Source: Clostridia bacterium
GTDB lineage: Bacteria > Bacillota > Clostridia > Oscillospirales > CAG-272
Length of the DNA stretch: 64,000 nt
Direction: 5' to 3'
Assembly (NCBI GenBank): GCA_017464565.1
Contig: JAFTZH010000035.1
Span: 213,838-277,837 of the forward strand
Made by a program: the position numbers and the translations under genes. Below, piece after piece: positions 1 through 7,873 of this stretch (position 1 is its first letter; each line of letters opens with the position of its first letter). The notes below the pieces were generated by a model. It saw nothing but the letters and a program-made list of their open reading frames with translations, ran no database searches and had not been told where the DNA came from.

Positions 1-1463
1 TCGTGCGCGTATACCCTACCCATATGATAAGCGGGATTTGACATCCAATGCTCAAGGTCGAGCATCTCACCCGGATGTACCATAAGCTGTCCGCCGCTGT
101 TTACCGCGGGACCGTTGGTCTCGTCAGGGTCGTAAACGAGCAGACAGTTGTGAGCGATAGTCTGCTTATTATAGCTCATATCGTGCGGTGAGCCGTAATG
201 GGCGTATGCGCCCGAATCCGACGCGAGTATTCCTCTGTAATAGAGCTGGAAGGCTCCGAAATCCATATGATGATGGTTTGCCGACCAATACTCGCCTATC
301 TTCATAAACGCCATAACGTCGCGCGACTGCGGACCTATATCCCAGCCCGTTCTCGCGACCGTAAGACCGCAGGGCTCGGGATAATATTTGACCTTCGGAT
401 AATGCGAATAATCCTCCTGCTCGCCTACGCCCGCGTCGTCGAATATCATCATCTGCACGGGAGTGAGCGTAAGCTCGGTGTAGAAGAACCTGTCTCTCTT
501 TCCTATCTTTTTGAACGCCTGCGCCTTATATATAGGGTCTCGGAAGAGGTTACCGGCGTAAAACCACGGGAATCCGTATTGGTCCCATCTTCCGCCAAGC
601 TCGGCGTAATCGTCTCCGTCGCGGAGTCCCTGTCCGTCCGGTCTTCTGAATGTGAGCCACTGCGCGGGAACAGTTTTCATCTTTTCGGAATAAACGAGCT
701 TACCCGTCATTCTCCAAAATAGCCAAGCCGACCAGAGATCCCACGTAAAGCGGTATCCGCTGTACGAGCTTCCCTGTATCGTTCCCTCGCTCTCGTACCA
801 ATAGTTTCTTACGGGAACGTAAAGCGCGAAAAATCTTCCGCCGACGAAATTATAAACGTCGGGATAATCGTCGTAAACGGCTATCGAGAAGGAGAGCCAG
901 TCGCGCAGAAGCTGCGCTTCCGCCTGATGTCCCACGACGACGCCGTATTTGCACGGCGGCATTCCTATTTCCATTCTCGGAGCAATCTTATTTTCAACCG
1001 ACGCTACGATATAATATTTGTCCTCGTCGGTGAGAAGGTCGTTACACCAATCGTAAACCTCCGCCGCCGTGAACATAGTCTGTCCCATCGCTCTGTAATC
1101 ATCCGCAAGTCCGTCGAAAGAAGCTTTATCCATATATTCCTTGATATCGGATATAGCGTCGAGACCGTTTTCGCGGTTGCCGAAAAGCAGATAATCGTAA
1201 GCCTTTGCCTCGATAACTCCGAGAGCCCTTCCGCTCTTCGCCGCGTTCTCGTTCATAACCTCCGAAAAAGGAGTATTCTTTAAGACCTCGAATTCTTTTT
1301 TGGCAGCCTCGTATTCCGCCATACCGAGCTTTTCTCGGAGTCCGCCGAGAATATCGGAGGTAACCATAAGCCTCGGATGACAGCGTGTAGGCAGTATCTG
1401 CGGTATCGGAAACTTATCCGACGGCAGAGCCTCTATTTTTCCTATGCTTCCGTCTCTTATCAT
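1..1463 (-). CDS. heparinase II/III-like polysaccharide/oligosaccharide lyase (N-terminal 487 codons; C-terminus lies beyond the left edge)
   Basis: Absent from the ORF track because the frame is open at nt 1. Manual minus-strand translation from ATG 1463-1461 runs uninterrupted to nt 1 (MIRDGSIGKIEALPSDKFP...). It contains SANHHHMDFGAFQLYYRGILASDSG and QTIAHNCLLVYDP, which match the HxHxDxGxF / HN core of heparinase II/III-like lyases. No signal peptide. The ATG lies 2 nt after the stop of the upstream gene. Confidence 0.7.
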   Translation of the reverse strand, partial: MIRDGSIGKIEALPSDKFPIPQILPTRCHPRLMVTSDILGGLREKLGMAEYEAAKKEFEVLKNTPFSEVMNENAAKSGRALGVIEAKAYDYLLFGNRENGLDAISDIKEYMDKASFDGLADDYRAMGQTMFTAAEVYDWCNDLLTDEDKYYIVASVENKIAPRMEIGMPPCKYGVVVGHQAEAQLLRDWLSFSIAVYDDYPDVYNFVGGRFFALYVPVRNYWYESEGTIQGSSYSGYRFTWDLWSAWLFWRMTGKLVYSEKMKTVPAQWLTFRRPDGQGLRDGDDYAELGGRWDQYGFPWFYAGNLFRDPIYKAQAFKKIGKRDRFFYTELTLTPVQMMIFDDAGVGEQEDYSHYPKVKYYPEPCGLTVARTGWDIGPQSRDVMAFMKIGEYWSANHHHMDFGAFQLYYRGILASDSGAYAHYGSPHDMSYNKQTIAHNCLLVYDPDETNGPAVNSGGQLMVHPGEMLDLEHWMSNPAYHMGRVYAH

Positions 1464-1465
1464 AA

Positions 1466-2554
1466 TTACGCTCTTTTCTTCGCTATGTATTCCTTAACGA
1501 ATTCGTCGTCGGTCAGGTGAGGATACATACGGAGTATTCTGTCTATCTCCTCCATCTGTCCGTCCGAAAGATGCTCGTGCTCGCACAAGCAGTGAATGTG
1601 CTTTATAAGTCCCTGACGGCGAAGTATCTCGTGTATTCCCGAAATACATCCGACGAAATTGTTAGCCGCGTCGAATATAACGCCGTTCGCGTCGGTTATC
1701 TGAGGCGCGAGAACGCGAAGCTCGGGATCGTCGGGATTGCTCTTTATTCTCTCAAAGAGCTTTACTACGTTATTGGTCCATACCGTCCAGTGTCCGAGAA
1801 GTCCGCCCTCGAATTTCTTCGATACCGTCTTTCCGTTCTCGGTAAAGGTATAATTCGTAATAAGGTCGTAAATTATGTTGTCATCGTTACCCGTGTAAAG
1901 AGTTATCTTATCCGCGCGGGACGAGAACGCCGCGGCGCGAACCACGTCTATCGTGGAATAACGGTTGAAGGACGCGCATTTTACCGCAACGACGTTATCA
2001 ATCTCACAGAAGCGCTTCCAATAATCGTAGGAAAGATATCTTCCTCCGACTGCCTTTTGCAGATAGAAGCCTATAACGGGCATTACCGCCGCCACCTTTT
2101 CGGTGCGCTCAAGAAGCTCGTCTTCGGAGAGGTCGTTAAGTCCGCCGGGGCTGAGAAGCACCGCGTCGTAGCCGTACTTCTTCGCTATAAGCGCCTCGCT
2201 CACCGCCTGCTCTGCCTTGCCGCAGACTCCCGCGACGCGGACTATGGTTTTTCCCGTTTTTTTCTCATATTCGTCAATCGTTTCCGAAACCGTTTTGAGA
2301 ATAGGCTCAAAGAGCGAAAACTCGGGTAAACGTATCTCGAACTGCGTGCTGTGTACCGCGGTAGCTATTCCGCCGACACCCGCCTCAAGATAATATTCGG
2401 TAAGAAACTTCTGCCCCTCGGCATCAAACTTTTTATTTTCATCAAGCACGAGAGGAGTTGCGGGAATAACAGTTCCCTTTGAAAGTATCTCTAACGCTTT
2501 TTCGTGTCTGTTCATTATTAACCGTGCCTTTCTGCGAAAAATATCGCTGAACAT
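1466..2554 (-). CDS. DapA/NanA-like (dihydrodipicolinate synthase family) TIM-barrel protein
   Basis: 362-aa ORF with a class-I aldolase-like pattern (GVGGIATAVHSTQFE, VAGVCG, LLSPGG, VIGFYLQ). An alternative start is M14 at 2515. The TAA stop lies 2 nt before the heparinase-like ATG, indicating an operon. Confidence 0.6.
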   Translation of the reverse strand: MFSDIFRRKARLIMNRHEKALEILSKGTVIPATPLVLDENKKFDAEGQKFLTEYYLEAGVGGIATAVHSTQFEIRLPEFSLFEPILKTVSETIDEYEKKTGKTIVRVAGVCGKAEQAVSEALIAKKYGYDAVLLSPGGLNDLSEDELLERTEKVAAVMPVIGFYLQKAVGGRYLSYDYWKRFCEIDNVVAVKCASFNRYSTIDVVRAAAFSSRADKITLYTGNDDNIIYDLITNYTFTENGKTVSKKFEGGLLGHWTVWTNNVVKLFERIKSNPDDPELRVLAPQITDANGVIFDAANNFVGCISGIHEILRRQGLIKHIHCLCEHEHLSDGQMEEIDRILRMYPHLTDDEFVKEYIAKKRA

Positions 2555-2600
2555 TAAAATATCTTAATCATTTTTCTTAAATCTTTATCTATTTAAGCCC

Positions 2601-2629
2601 ATTATAGCACAGCTTGAATAGTTTGTCAA
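2601..2629 (-). promoter_or_regulatory. perfect consensus SigA-type promoter TTGACA-17-TATAAT
   Basis: On the minus strand, TTGACA is the complement of 2624-2629 and TATAAT is the complement of 2601-2606, with an exact 17-nt spacer. It lies about 40 nt upstream of the ORF start at 2554. Confidence 0.65.
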
Positions 2630-2632
2630 CGG

Positions 2633-2668
2633 TTTTTTGTAACTAACCGTTTGGTTAGTTACAAAAAA
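2633..2668. promoter_or_regulatory. 36-bp palindromic operator candidate TTTTTTGTAACTAACC-GTTT-GGTTAGTTACAAAAAA
   Basis: Perfect 16-bp arms, located 3 nt upstream of the -35. The 20-bp core recurs identically at 5771-5790. Confidence 0.6.
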
Positions 2669-2706
2669 TTTTTAGCCTTAAGCTTTCTCTTTTTTATTTT
2701 TTGAAA

Positions 2707-3270
2707 TTATTTAACGATTATCGCGTTTTCGTTATAGTATCTGAGAAGCTTTTTGCTCTCCTCGGTAGCCTCAAAGAGAACCACTCTCTTCTTGCCCTCG
2801 GCGTCGGTAGCGCAGATATAATATATATCGTAAGCGTCCATAGAGGATACGAGGACGACCTTCTCCGCGTCGGTAACCGAGTCTGCCTTTTCCTTATACT
2901 CGCCCGAGTAAGGAGCTATCGTCTCGATATCCTTTATATGATAGGTAAAAAGCTCTTTGCGGCTCGCTCCGCCGTATATTATAGCGAACGATATGTTAGC
3001 CTTTTCAATAGCGTACGAATACTCGGGGGATACGTATCTCCACGTGAAGAATACCACGATACAGGTGGATACGAGAACGAGGCACATCAAAGGCCAGAAG
3101 TTGAGAAGCGAACAGAGTATGCAGAAGCCTATCGAATATACGGCGTAAAGCAATATGAAAAGAAGTCTCTTCATAAGCAGCTTGCCCTGTATCTTCGGTT
3201 TAACGAGGTAGTCGTAGTAATTGGGGTCGTCTTTTTTGGCGTAAGCCGATTTTCTTGATTCTTTGCTCAT
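2707..3270 (-). CDS. hypothetical membrane protein
   Basis: 187-aa ORF with a basic N-terminus, two hydrophobic helices (LLFILLYAVYSIGFCILCSLL, LMCLVLVSTCIVVFF) and a soluble C-terminal part. No family recognised. Confidence 0.55.
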   Translation of the reverse strand: MSKESRKSAYAKKDDPNYYDYLVKPKIQGKLLMKRLLFILLYAVYSIGFCILCSLLNFWPLMCLVLVSTCIVVFFTWRYVSPEYSYAIEKANISFAIIYGGASRKELFTYHIKDIETIAPYSGEYKEKADSVTDAEKVVLVSSMDAYDIYYICATDAEGKKRVVLFEATEESKKLLRYYNENAIIVK

Positions 3271-3339
3271 CGCATTGATTCCTTTCTTATTTGAAAAATT
3301 ATTTATTAATATTTTTATTTAAAATATTACGAGATTAAA

Positions 3340-5691
3340 TCAGCCGTGATCGGCACGTCTGAGTGAAAGCGGAAGAGGGAGCCAATCTCGCACCTCCACG
3401 GGCAGATGATCCCTTGTCTCGCTTATATTTGAAAACAGCAAGGAAGACGCCTCCGCTTCGTTTAATTCAAGCATAGGATATTTTTTCGTGTTCGGATTAA
3501 CCTTAACTCGTCCGTCCTTAACCGAAAGCTCAAAGCGCTCGTCCGAGCGTTCGTGATGCACGAGCAGTACGAGCTCACCGTCGGAAAGCTCCCTTTGCTT
3601 TGCGGCAAGCTTAAGAAACGCTCCTGCGGTTTCCGCAAATCGGGATATCCTGAACATTTCCCAGGTCTCACTGCACGTCTGCTCAGCGACCGCCGAAGCC
3701 AGACGTATCAAATTCCTGTCATACGGCGGGAAATGAATTTTCATAGACGAATGCTCGTCTACGTACGCCGCTATCAAGGGATAAAAATATTTTTCTTCCG
3801 AAAGCGTAAGCTCGTGTACACCGCTTCCGCTTTCGAGATAATATCCGACGAATCGTTCTCCGTCAAGCACGGCAAAAAGCTTTTTTCTCCAAGACAGAAG
3901 AATATCGTAAAGCCGTTCGCGTTCTCTTTCAGCTCTGACCTCAAGAGTGTTAAAGAGAGCGTATATACCGTCAAGTATCCACTCGTCTCTTTCGGATACC
4001 TCTTTTATGGAAAGCGAAGGAACGCGCGCTTGCGCGAGACGATATTTCACGTTCGCTTTGTTGAACGTAAAAATAAGATCGGAGGTGACTTGATAAAATC
4101 CAAATCTTTCGTATCTTTGTCTCTGGCCTCCGAGAACCGCGAAATCCGCCCCCGACGAGTCTATTTCGTCTATCGAACGTTTCATCATTTTAGACATATA
4201 TCCTCTTGAGCGTGCCTCCGGCGCGGACGCCACGTTTCCGAGGCAAACTCCGCGGAGTCTTTCGCCGGCAACGTTATAATAAAAAGGATAAAGTCCTACC
4301 GCTCCCGATATCCCGTTCTCATCGCAAAGAACGATATTGTTAGAGCAAGGCTCGTATTCTTTTTTATAAAGCTTCGGCAGCAGATTTATAAATTTATCCT
4401 CTTCCTTCTCGAAGCCGAAGGCTCTGTCCAAAAAAGTCATAAGCTCATCGTACTCACTCGCTCTCGCCCATCTTATCTCCTCGGTATAATGAGATTTCCC
4501 GAAAAGCTTCGCGAGTCCGCCCTCTGACGTCTCTTTATAGCTTGAGGAAAGGTCCTTACCCGTTTCGTACATAGTTTTTACTATGGTATCAAACGAGACC
4601 TTGTTGGTGTTTCCGAGTACTCCCGCAAGGTCAGCCGCGCTCATAGCCCGAAGCGCCGCCACCGCGTTTCTCTCTATACAAGGTATCTGAACGAGTCCGC
4701 AGACGGGGTCGCAGGTGAGTCCTATATGGTGCTCCATAGCTATCTCGGCGGCGTACTCTATCCTGTCGAGGTCAAGCCCCGCAAGCTCGGAAAGCGCGGC
4801 AGCCGCCATAGAGCAAGCCGTTCCGACCTCCGCCTGACAGCCGCACTCCGCGCCGCTGAGAGACGCGTTGCGCTTGACCACGTTGCCGACTACTCCCGCC
4901 GCCGCGAGTGCCTGAAGTATCTCTCTGTCCGAATATCCCTTTTTATCCTGCATATATTTCAGCACCGCAGGAAGAACTCCGCACGATCCGCAGGTGGGAG
5001 CGGTAACTATAACCCCGTTATCGGCGTTCTGTTCGCTTACGGCGAATGCGTATGCGCTGACCAAACGGTTTTCCGAGGATATTTCGTCCGCCTGCTTGCT
5101 TACGTTATACAATGTTGAAGCCTTTTTTTCAACGTTAAGCCCGCCGGGCAGTATTCCCGTGCTTTTGATTCCCGCCTCAATAGCGTCTGTCATCGTTTTC
5201 CAGACCCGCGCAAGATGCTCGTAAAGCTCCGCTCCCTCGTGCAGCTCGGCGTATTCGTGAAGAGTTATACCCTTATCTCTGCAAAAGCGCACTATCTCTG
5301 TAAAATTTCTTTCATTATATATATCGGGACTTTCCTCGCGTTCAAATCCGTCTATAACTATTTCTCCTCCGCCTATGCTGAGCGCCCTTGCCCGTCCTAT
5401 CTCTTCTCTGCCGAGATACGCGACGAGCTCCATAGTATTGGCGTGAGGAAGCGCGAATCCCGCGTCGTTTACGAACTCTATCGCCACTTCTCTCGGTGCA
5501 AGCGTCTCGGAGATTACCTTATCGGTGCCGTGTCCCTTTCCCGTTTTCGCAAGCGAGCCGTACAAATATACCTTGAACGAGTCAGCATCGGGATATCTCT
5601 CTCGGAACAGCTCGCAGGCTTTTTGCGGCCCCATCGTGTGAGAGCTTGAAGGTCCCTTTCCGATTTTATATATTTCCTTTATGGATTTCAT
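3340..5691 (-). CDS. fusion protein: Fe-S L-serine dehydratase (single chain) + Eis-like GNAT N-acetyltransferase with SCP2-like tail
   Basis: 783-aa continuous ORF with an RBS GGAG upstream of ATG 5691. The N-terminal roughly 400 aa carry IGKGPSSSHTMGP, APTCGSCGV, SGAECGCQAEVG and GLTCDPVCG. The C-terminal roughly 380 aa carry a GNAT core (NVASAPEARSRGYMSKMM, VLGGQRQRYERFGF). Confidence 0.8.
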   Translation of the reverse strand: MKSIKEIYKIGKGPSSSHTMGPQKACELFRERYPDADSFKVYLYGSLAKTGKGHGTDKVISETLAPREVAIEFVNDAGFALPHANTMELVAYLGREEIGRARALSIGGGEIVIDGFEREESPDIYNERNFTEIVRFCRDKGITLHEYAELHEGAELYEHLARVWKTMTDAIEAGIKSTGILPGGLNVEKKASTLYNVSKQADEISSENRLVSAYAFAVSEQNADNGVIVTAPTCGSCGVLPAVLKYMQDKKGYSDREILQALAAAGVVGNVVKRNASLSGAECGCQAEVGTACSMAAAALSELAGLDLDRIEYAAEIAMEHHIGLTCDPVCGLVQIPCIERNAVAALRAMSAADLAGVLGNTNKVSFDTIVKTMYETGKDLSSSYKETSEGGLAKLFGKSHYTEEIRWARASEYDELMTFLDRAFGFEKEEDKFINLLPKLYKKEYEPCSNNIVLCDENGISGAVGLYPFYYNVAGERLRGVCLGNVASAPEARSRGYMSKMMKRSIDEIDSSGADFAVLGGQRQRYERFGFYQVTSDLIFTFNKANVKYRLAQARVPSLSIKEVSERDEWILDGIYALFNTLEVRAERERERLYDILLSWRKKLFAVLDGERFVGYYLESGSGVHELTLSEEKYFYPLIAAYVDEHSSMKIHFPPYDRNLIRLASAVAEQTCSETWEMFRISRFAETAGAFLKLAAKQRELSDGELVLLVHHERSDERFELSVKDGRVKVNPNTKKYPMLELNEAEASSLLFSNISETRDHLPVEVRDWLPLPLSLRRADHG

Positions 5692-5721
5692 AAAATTACT
5701 CTCCTTTCATCGTTTTTTCTC

Positions 5722-5750
5722 TTGACATCAACTGCTTTGTATGATATTAT
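5722..5750 (+). promoter_or_regulatory. SigA-type promoter TTGACA-17-TATTAT
   Basis: TTGACA at 5722-5727, a 17-nt spacer and TATTAT at 5745-5750, upstream of the oxidoreductase gene. Confidence 0.55.
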
Positions 5751-5770
5751 AATGCTGTAATATTCAAATT

Positions 5771-5790
5771 AACTAACCGTTTGGTTAGTT
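5771..5790. promoter_or_regulatory. second copy of the AACTAACC-GTTT-GGTTAGTT operator core
   Basis: Identical 20-mer to 2641-2660. It lies 20 nt downstream of the -10, within the divergent region between 5691 (minus gene) and 5846 (plus gene). Confidence 0.6.
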
Positions 5791-5845
5791 TATATTTAAA
5801 AAAATTATTCCCTGATTTTTCAAATCACAAGGAGGGGTTAAACAA

Positions 5846-6700
5846 ATGAAAAAAATCGCTATCATCGGAACTGAAAATTCTCACGCTTCCGCTTTCGCAA
5901 ATCTGCTTGCGAACAACGAAAAGGTCAAAATCATCGGAGCTTTCGGAACCGAGCCCGAGGCAAATCAGCGCTTCAGTGAGAAATTCGGCATAGACTGCTC
6001 TGCCGCATCCGCGGCGGATTTTGCGGACGAGGTTGACGGAGTTATGATAACCTCACGAAAAGGCTCCACACATTTTGACAGCGCTCTTCCCTACCTTACC
6101 GAAGGAAAGACGGTATTCATCGACAAGCCCATCACGGTAGACGTAGGTCAATCGCTCACGCTCGCGCATATCGCGAAGGAAAACAACGTCAAGCTCTGCG
6201 GAGGCTCCTGCCTCAAATACTCCGAGGTACTCGCGAAGCTGAAACGCGAAATAGCTCGAACCGAGGAGGACGTGTGCGCGGCTAACTTCTGCGCTCCCGT
6301 CGAGCTTGAAAGCCCTCACGACGGATTTTTCTTTTACGCCCAGCACCTCGTCGAGATGTGCCTCTCGGTTTTCGGAAACGGCGTGAAAACGGTTTACGCC
6401 GTAAGATGCGGAGATAAGGTTTGCGCCACGCTGAATTACGGAAGCTTCGCGGCTACGCTTTCATTCGGAAGCAACATATATCATACCACGATAGTTTTCC
6501 GCAATTTTGAGAGACACGCGAATATAAACAACGTCGTAAAGCTTTACGCCAACGAGCTGAATTATTTTCTGTCTCTTCTCGGCGGAAGAAAAATGAGATA
6601 TTCTTACGACGAGGTAATTTTCCCCGTAATAATACTGAACGCGATAAACGATTCGTTCAGAACCGGAAAAGAGATAGCCGTACCCGATATCCGTAGTTAA
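5846..6700 (+). CDS. Gfo/Idh/MocA-family oxidoreductase (short)
   Basis: 284 aa with a Rossmann N-terminus MKKIAIIGTENSHA and an FIDKP motif. RBS GGAGGGG. Confidence 0.65.
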   Translation: MKKIAIIGTENSHASAFANLLANNEKVKIIGAFGTEPEANQRFSEKFGIDCSAASAADFADEVDGVMITSRKGSTHFDSALPYLTEGKTVFIDKPITVDVGQSLTLAHIAKENNVKLCGGSCLKYSEVLAKLKREIARTEEDVCAANFCAPVELESPHDGFFFYAQHLVEMCLSVFGNGVKTVYAVRCGDKVCATLNYGSFAATLSFGSNIYHTTIVFRNFERHANINNVVKLYANELNYFLSLLGGRKMRYSYDEVIFPVIILNAINDSFRTGKEIAVPDIRS

Positions 6701-6784
6701 GTTTACCATACCTCTTCCCTCTTGTCAAGTAGATATTAAAAAGATTAACAAATACCAATAAAAGAATTTTAAGGAGAAAAAGCT

Positions 6785-7834
6785 ATGCTTGAATATTTCA
6801 AGAAAACTCAAAGAGACGCAGAATTTTTTAACGAGTACATATCTCCTCGTCTTCCCGACGAACTTTTCGATATGCACCTTCACGTTACGACCGAAAAGGA
6901 CACCTCGGGTATATCAAAGGAAGCGATAGACAAGGATTGGGCGCTCCAATGCGGTTACGCTATGGACACGGACGACCTCAAAGCCTACTGTTCTACCATA
7001 TGGGACGGCAGAAAGGTATCGGTTACCGCCTTTCCTTTTCCCGTAAGAGGAGTTGACCTCAAATCCGCAAACGTATACCTTGCCAAGCTTCTCAAGGACA
7101 AGGAAAATCTCGAATCCAACGTATCGGTACGCGCCGCCGCTATGGCGATAGCCCCCGCCTTTGATCCCGACGAGTGCGAGCAGCAGCTGCTCGACTGCGG
7201 ATTTATCGGATATAAGCCATACCCCGATCTCGTTTCGGGTGAAAAGGGCGCCGATATCAGCATATTCGATTTTATCCCCGACAGATTTCTCAAAGCGCTT
7301 GACAAGCACAAAAAAGCAGTTATTCTTCACCTTCCGAGAGCGAAAAGAATAGCCGACCCCGACAATATCAAGGAGCTTTTGAGAATGAGACAGGCGTTCC
7401 CCGACGTCAAAATAATCATAGCTCATTACGGAAGAAGCTATAATATAGAAGTCATAGAGAAGGCTTACGCAGAATTCGGAAGCGATATCAACGGATTTTA
7501 TTTTGACAACGCCGCCGTTCTCAATCCCGCGGTACATACCTTTATGCTTGAGCATATTCCGCACGACAGAATATTCTTCGGAACCGATATGCCGATACTT
7601 CTCTGGCACGGAACGCGCACGTGGGAAAACGGAACCTATCACAATTTCTCTCGCGAGACCTTCAAATGGAACTCGGCAAAGACCACCACGCCGGAGGAAG
7701 AGGAGAAGTATACCTTCCTGCTTTACGAGCAGGCAAAGCACCTGCTTGATTCTATCTACTCGATAGGAGGAAGAGAGCTTGCCGAAAAGATATATTGCGG
7801 CAACGCGAAAAAATTCCTCTCGGAAGTACAGTGA
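6785..7834 (+). CDS. amidohydrolase-2-like metal-dependent TIM-barrel hydrolase
   Basis: 349 aa with DMHLH, ILHLPR, IIAHYG and FGTDMP ligand-like motifs. RBS AAGGAGA. Confidence 0.65.
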   Translation: MLEYFKKTQRDAEFFNEYISPRLPDELFDMHLHVTTEKDTSGISKEAIDKDWALQCGYAMDTDDLKAYCSTIWDGRKVSVTAFPFPVRGVDLKSANVYLAKLLKDKENLESNVSVRAAAMAIAPAFDPDECEQQLLDCGFIGYKPYPDLVSGEKGADISIFDFIPDRFLKALDKHKKAVILHLPRAKRIADPDNIKELLRMRQAFPDVKIIIAHYGRSYNIEVIEKAYAEFGSDINGFYFDNAAVLNPAVHTFMLEHIPHDRIFFGTDMPILLWHGTRTWENGTYHNFSRETFKWNSAKTTTPEEEEKYTFLLYEQAKHLLDSIYSIGGRELAEKIYCGNAKKFLSEVQ

Positions 7835-7873
7835 TAATTCTTTTGTAAAAATATATCCTTAAGGAGAAGATTT

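Noticed and set aside
198-1283. Plus-strand ORFs 198-722 (174 aa) and 927-1283 (118 aa) from the ORF track.
   Set aside because: They are antisense shadows of the open-ended minus-strand heparinase-like gene. Their translations are Arg/Ser/Leu-rich with no recognisable motifs.
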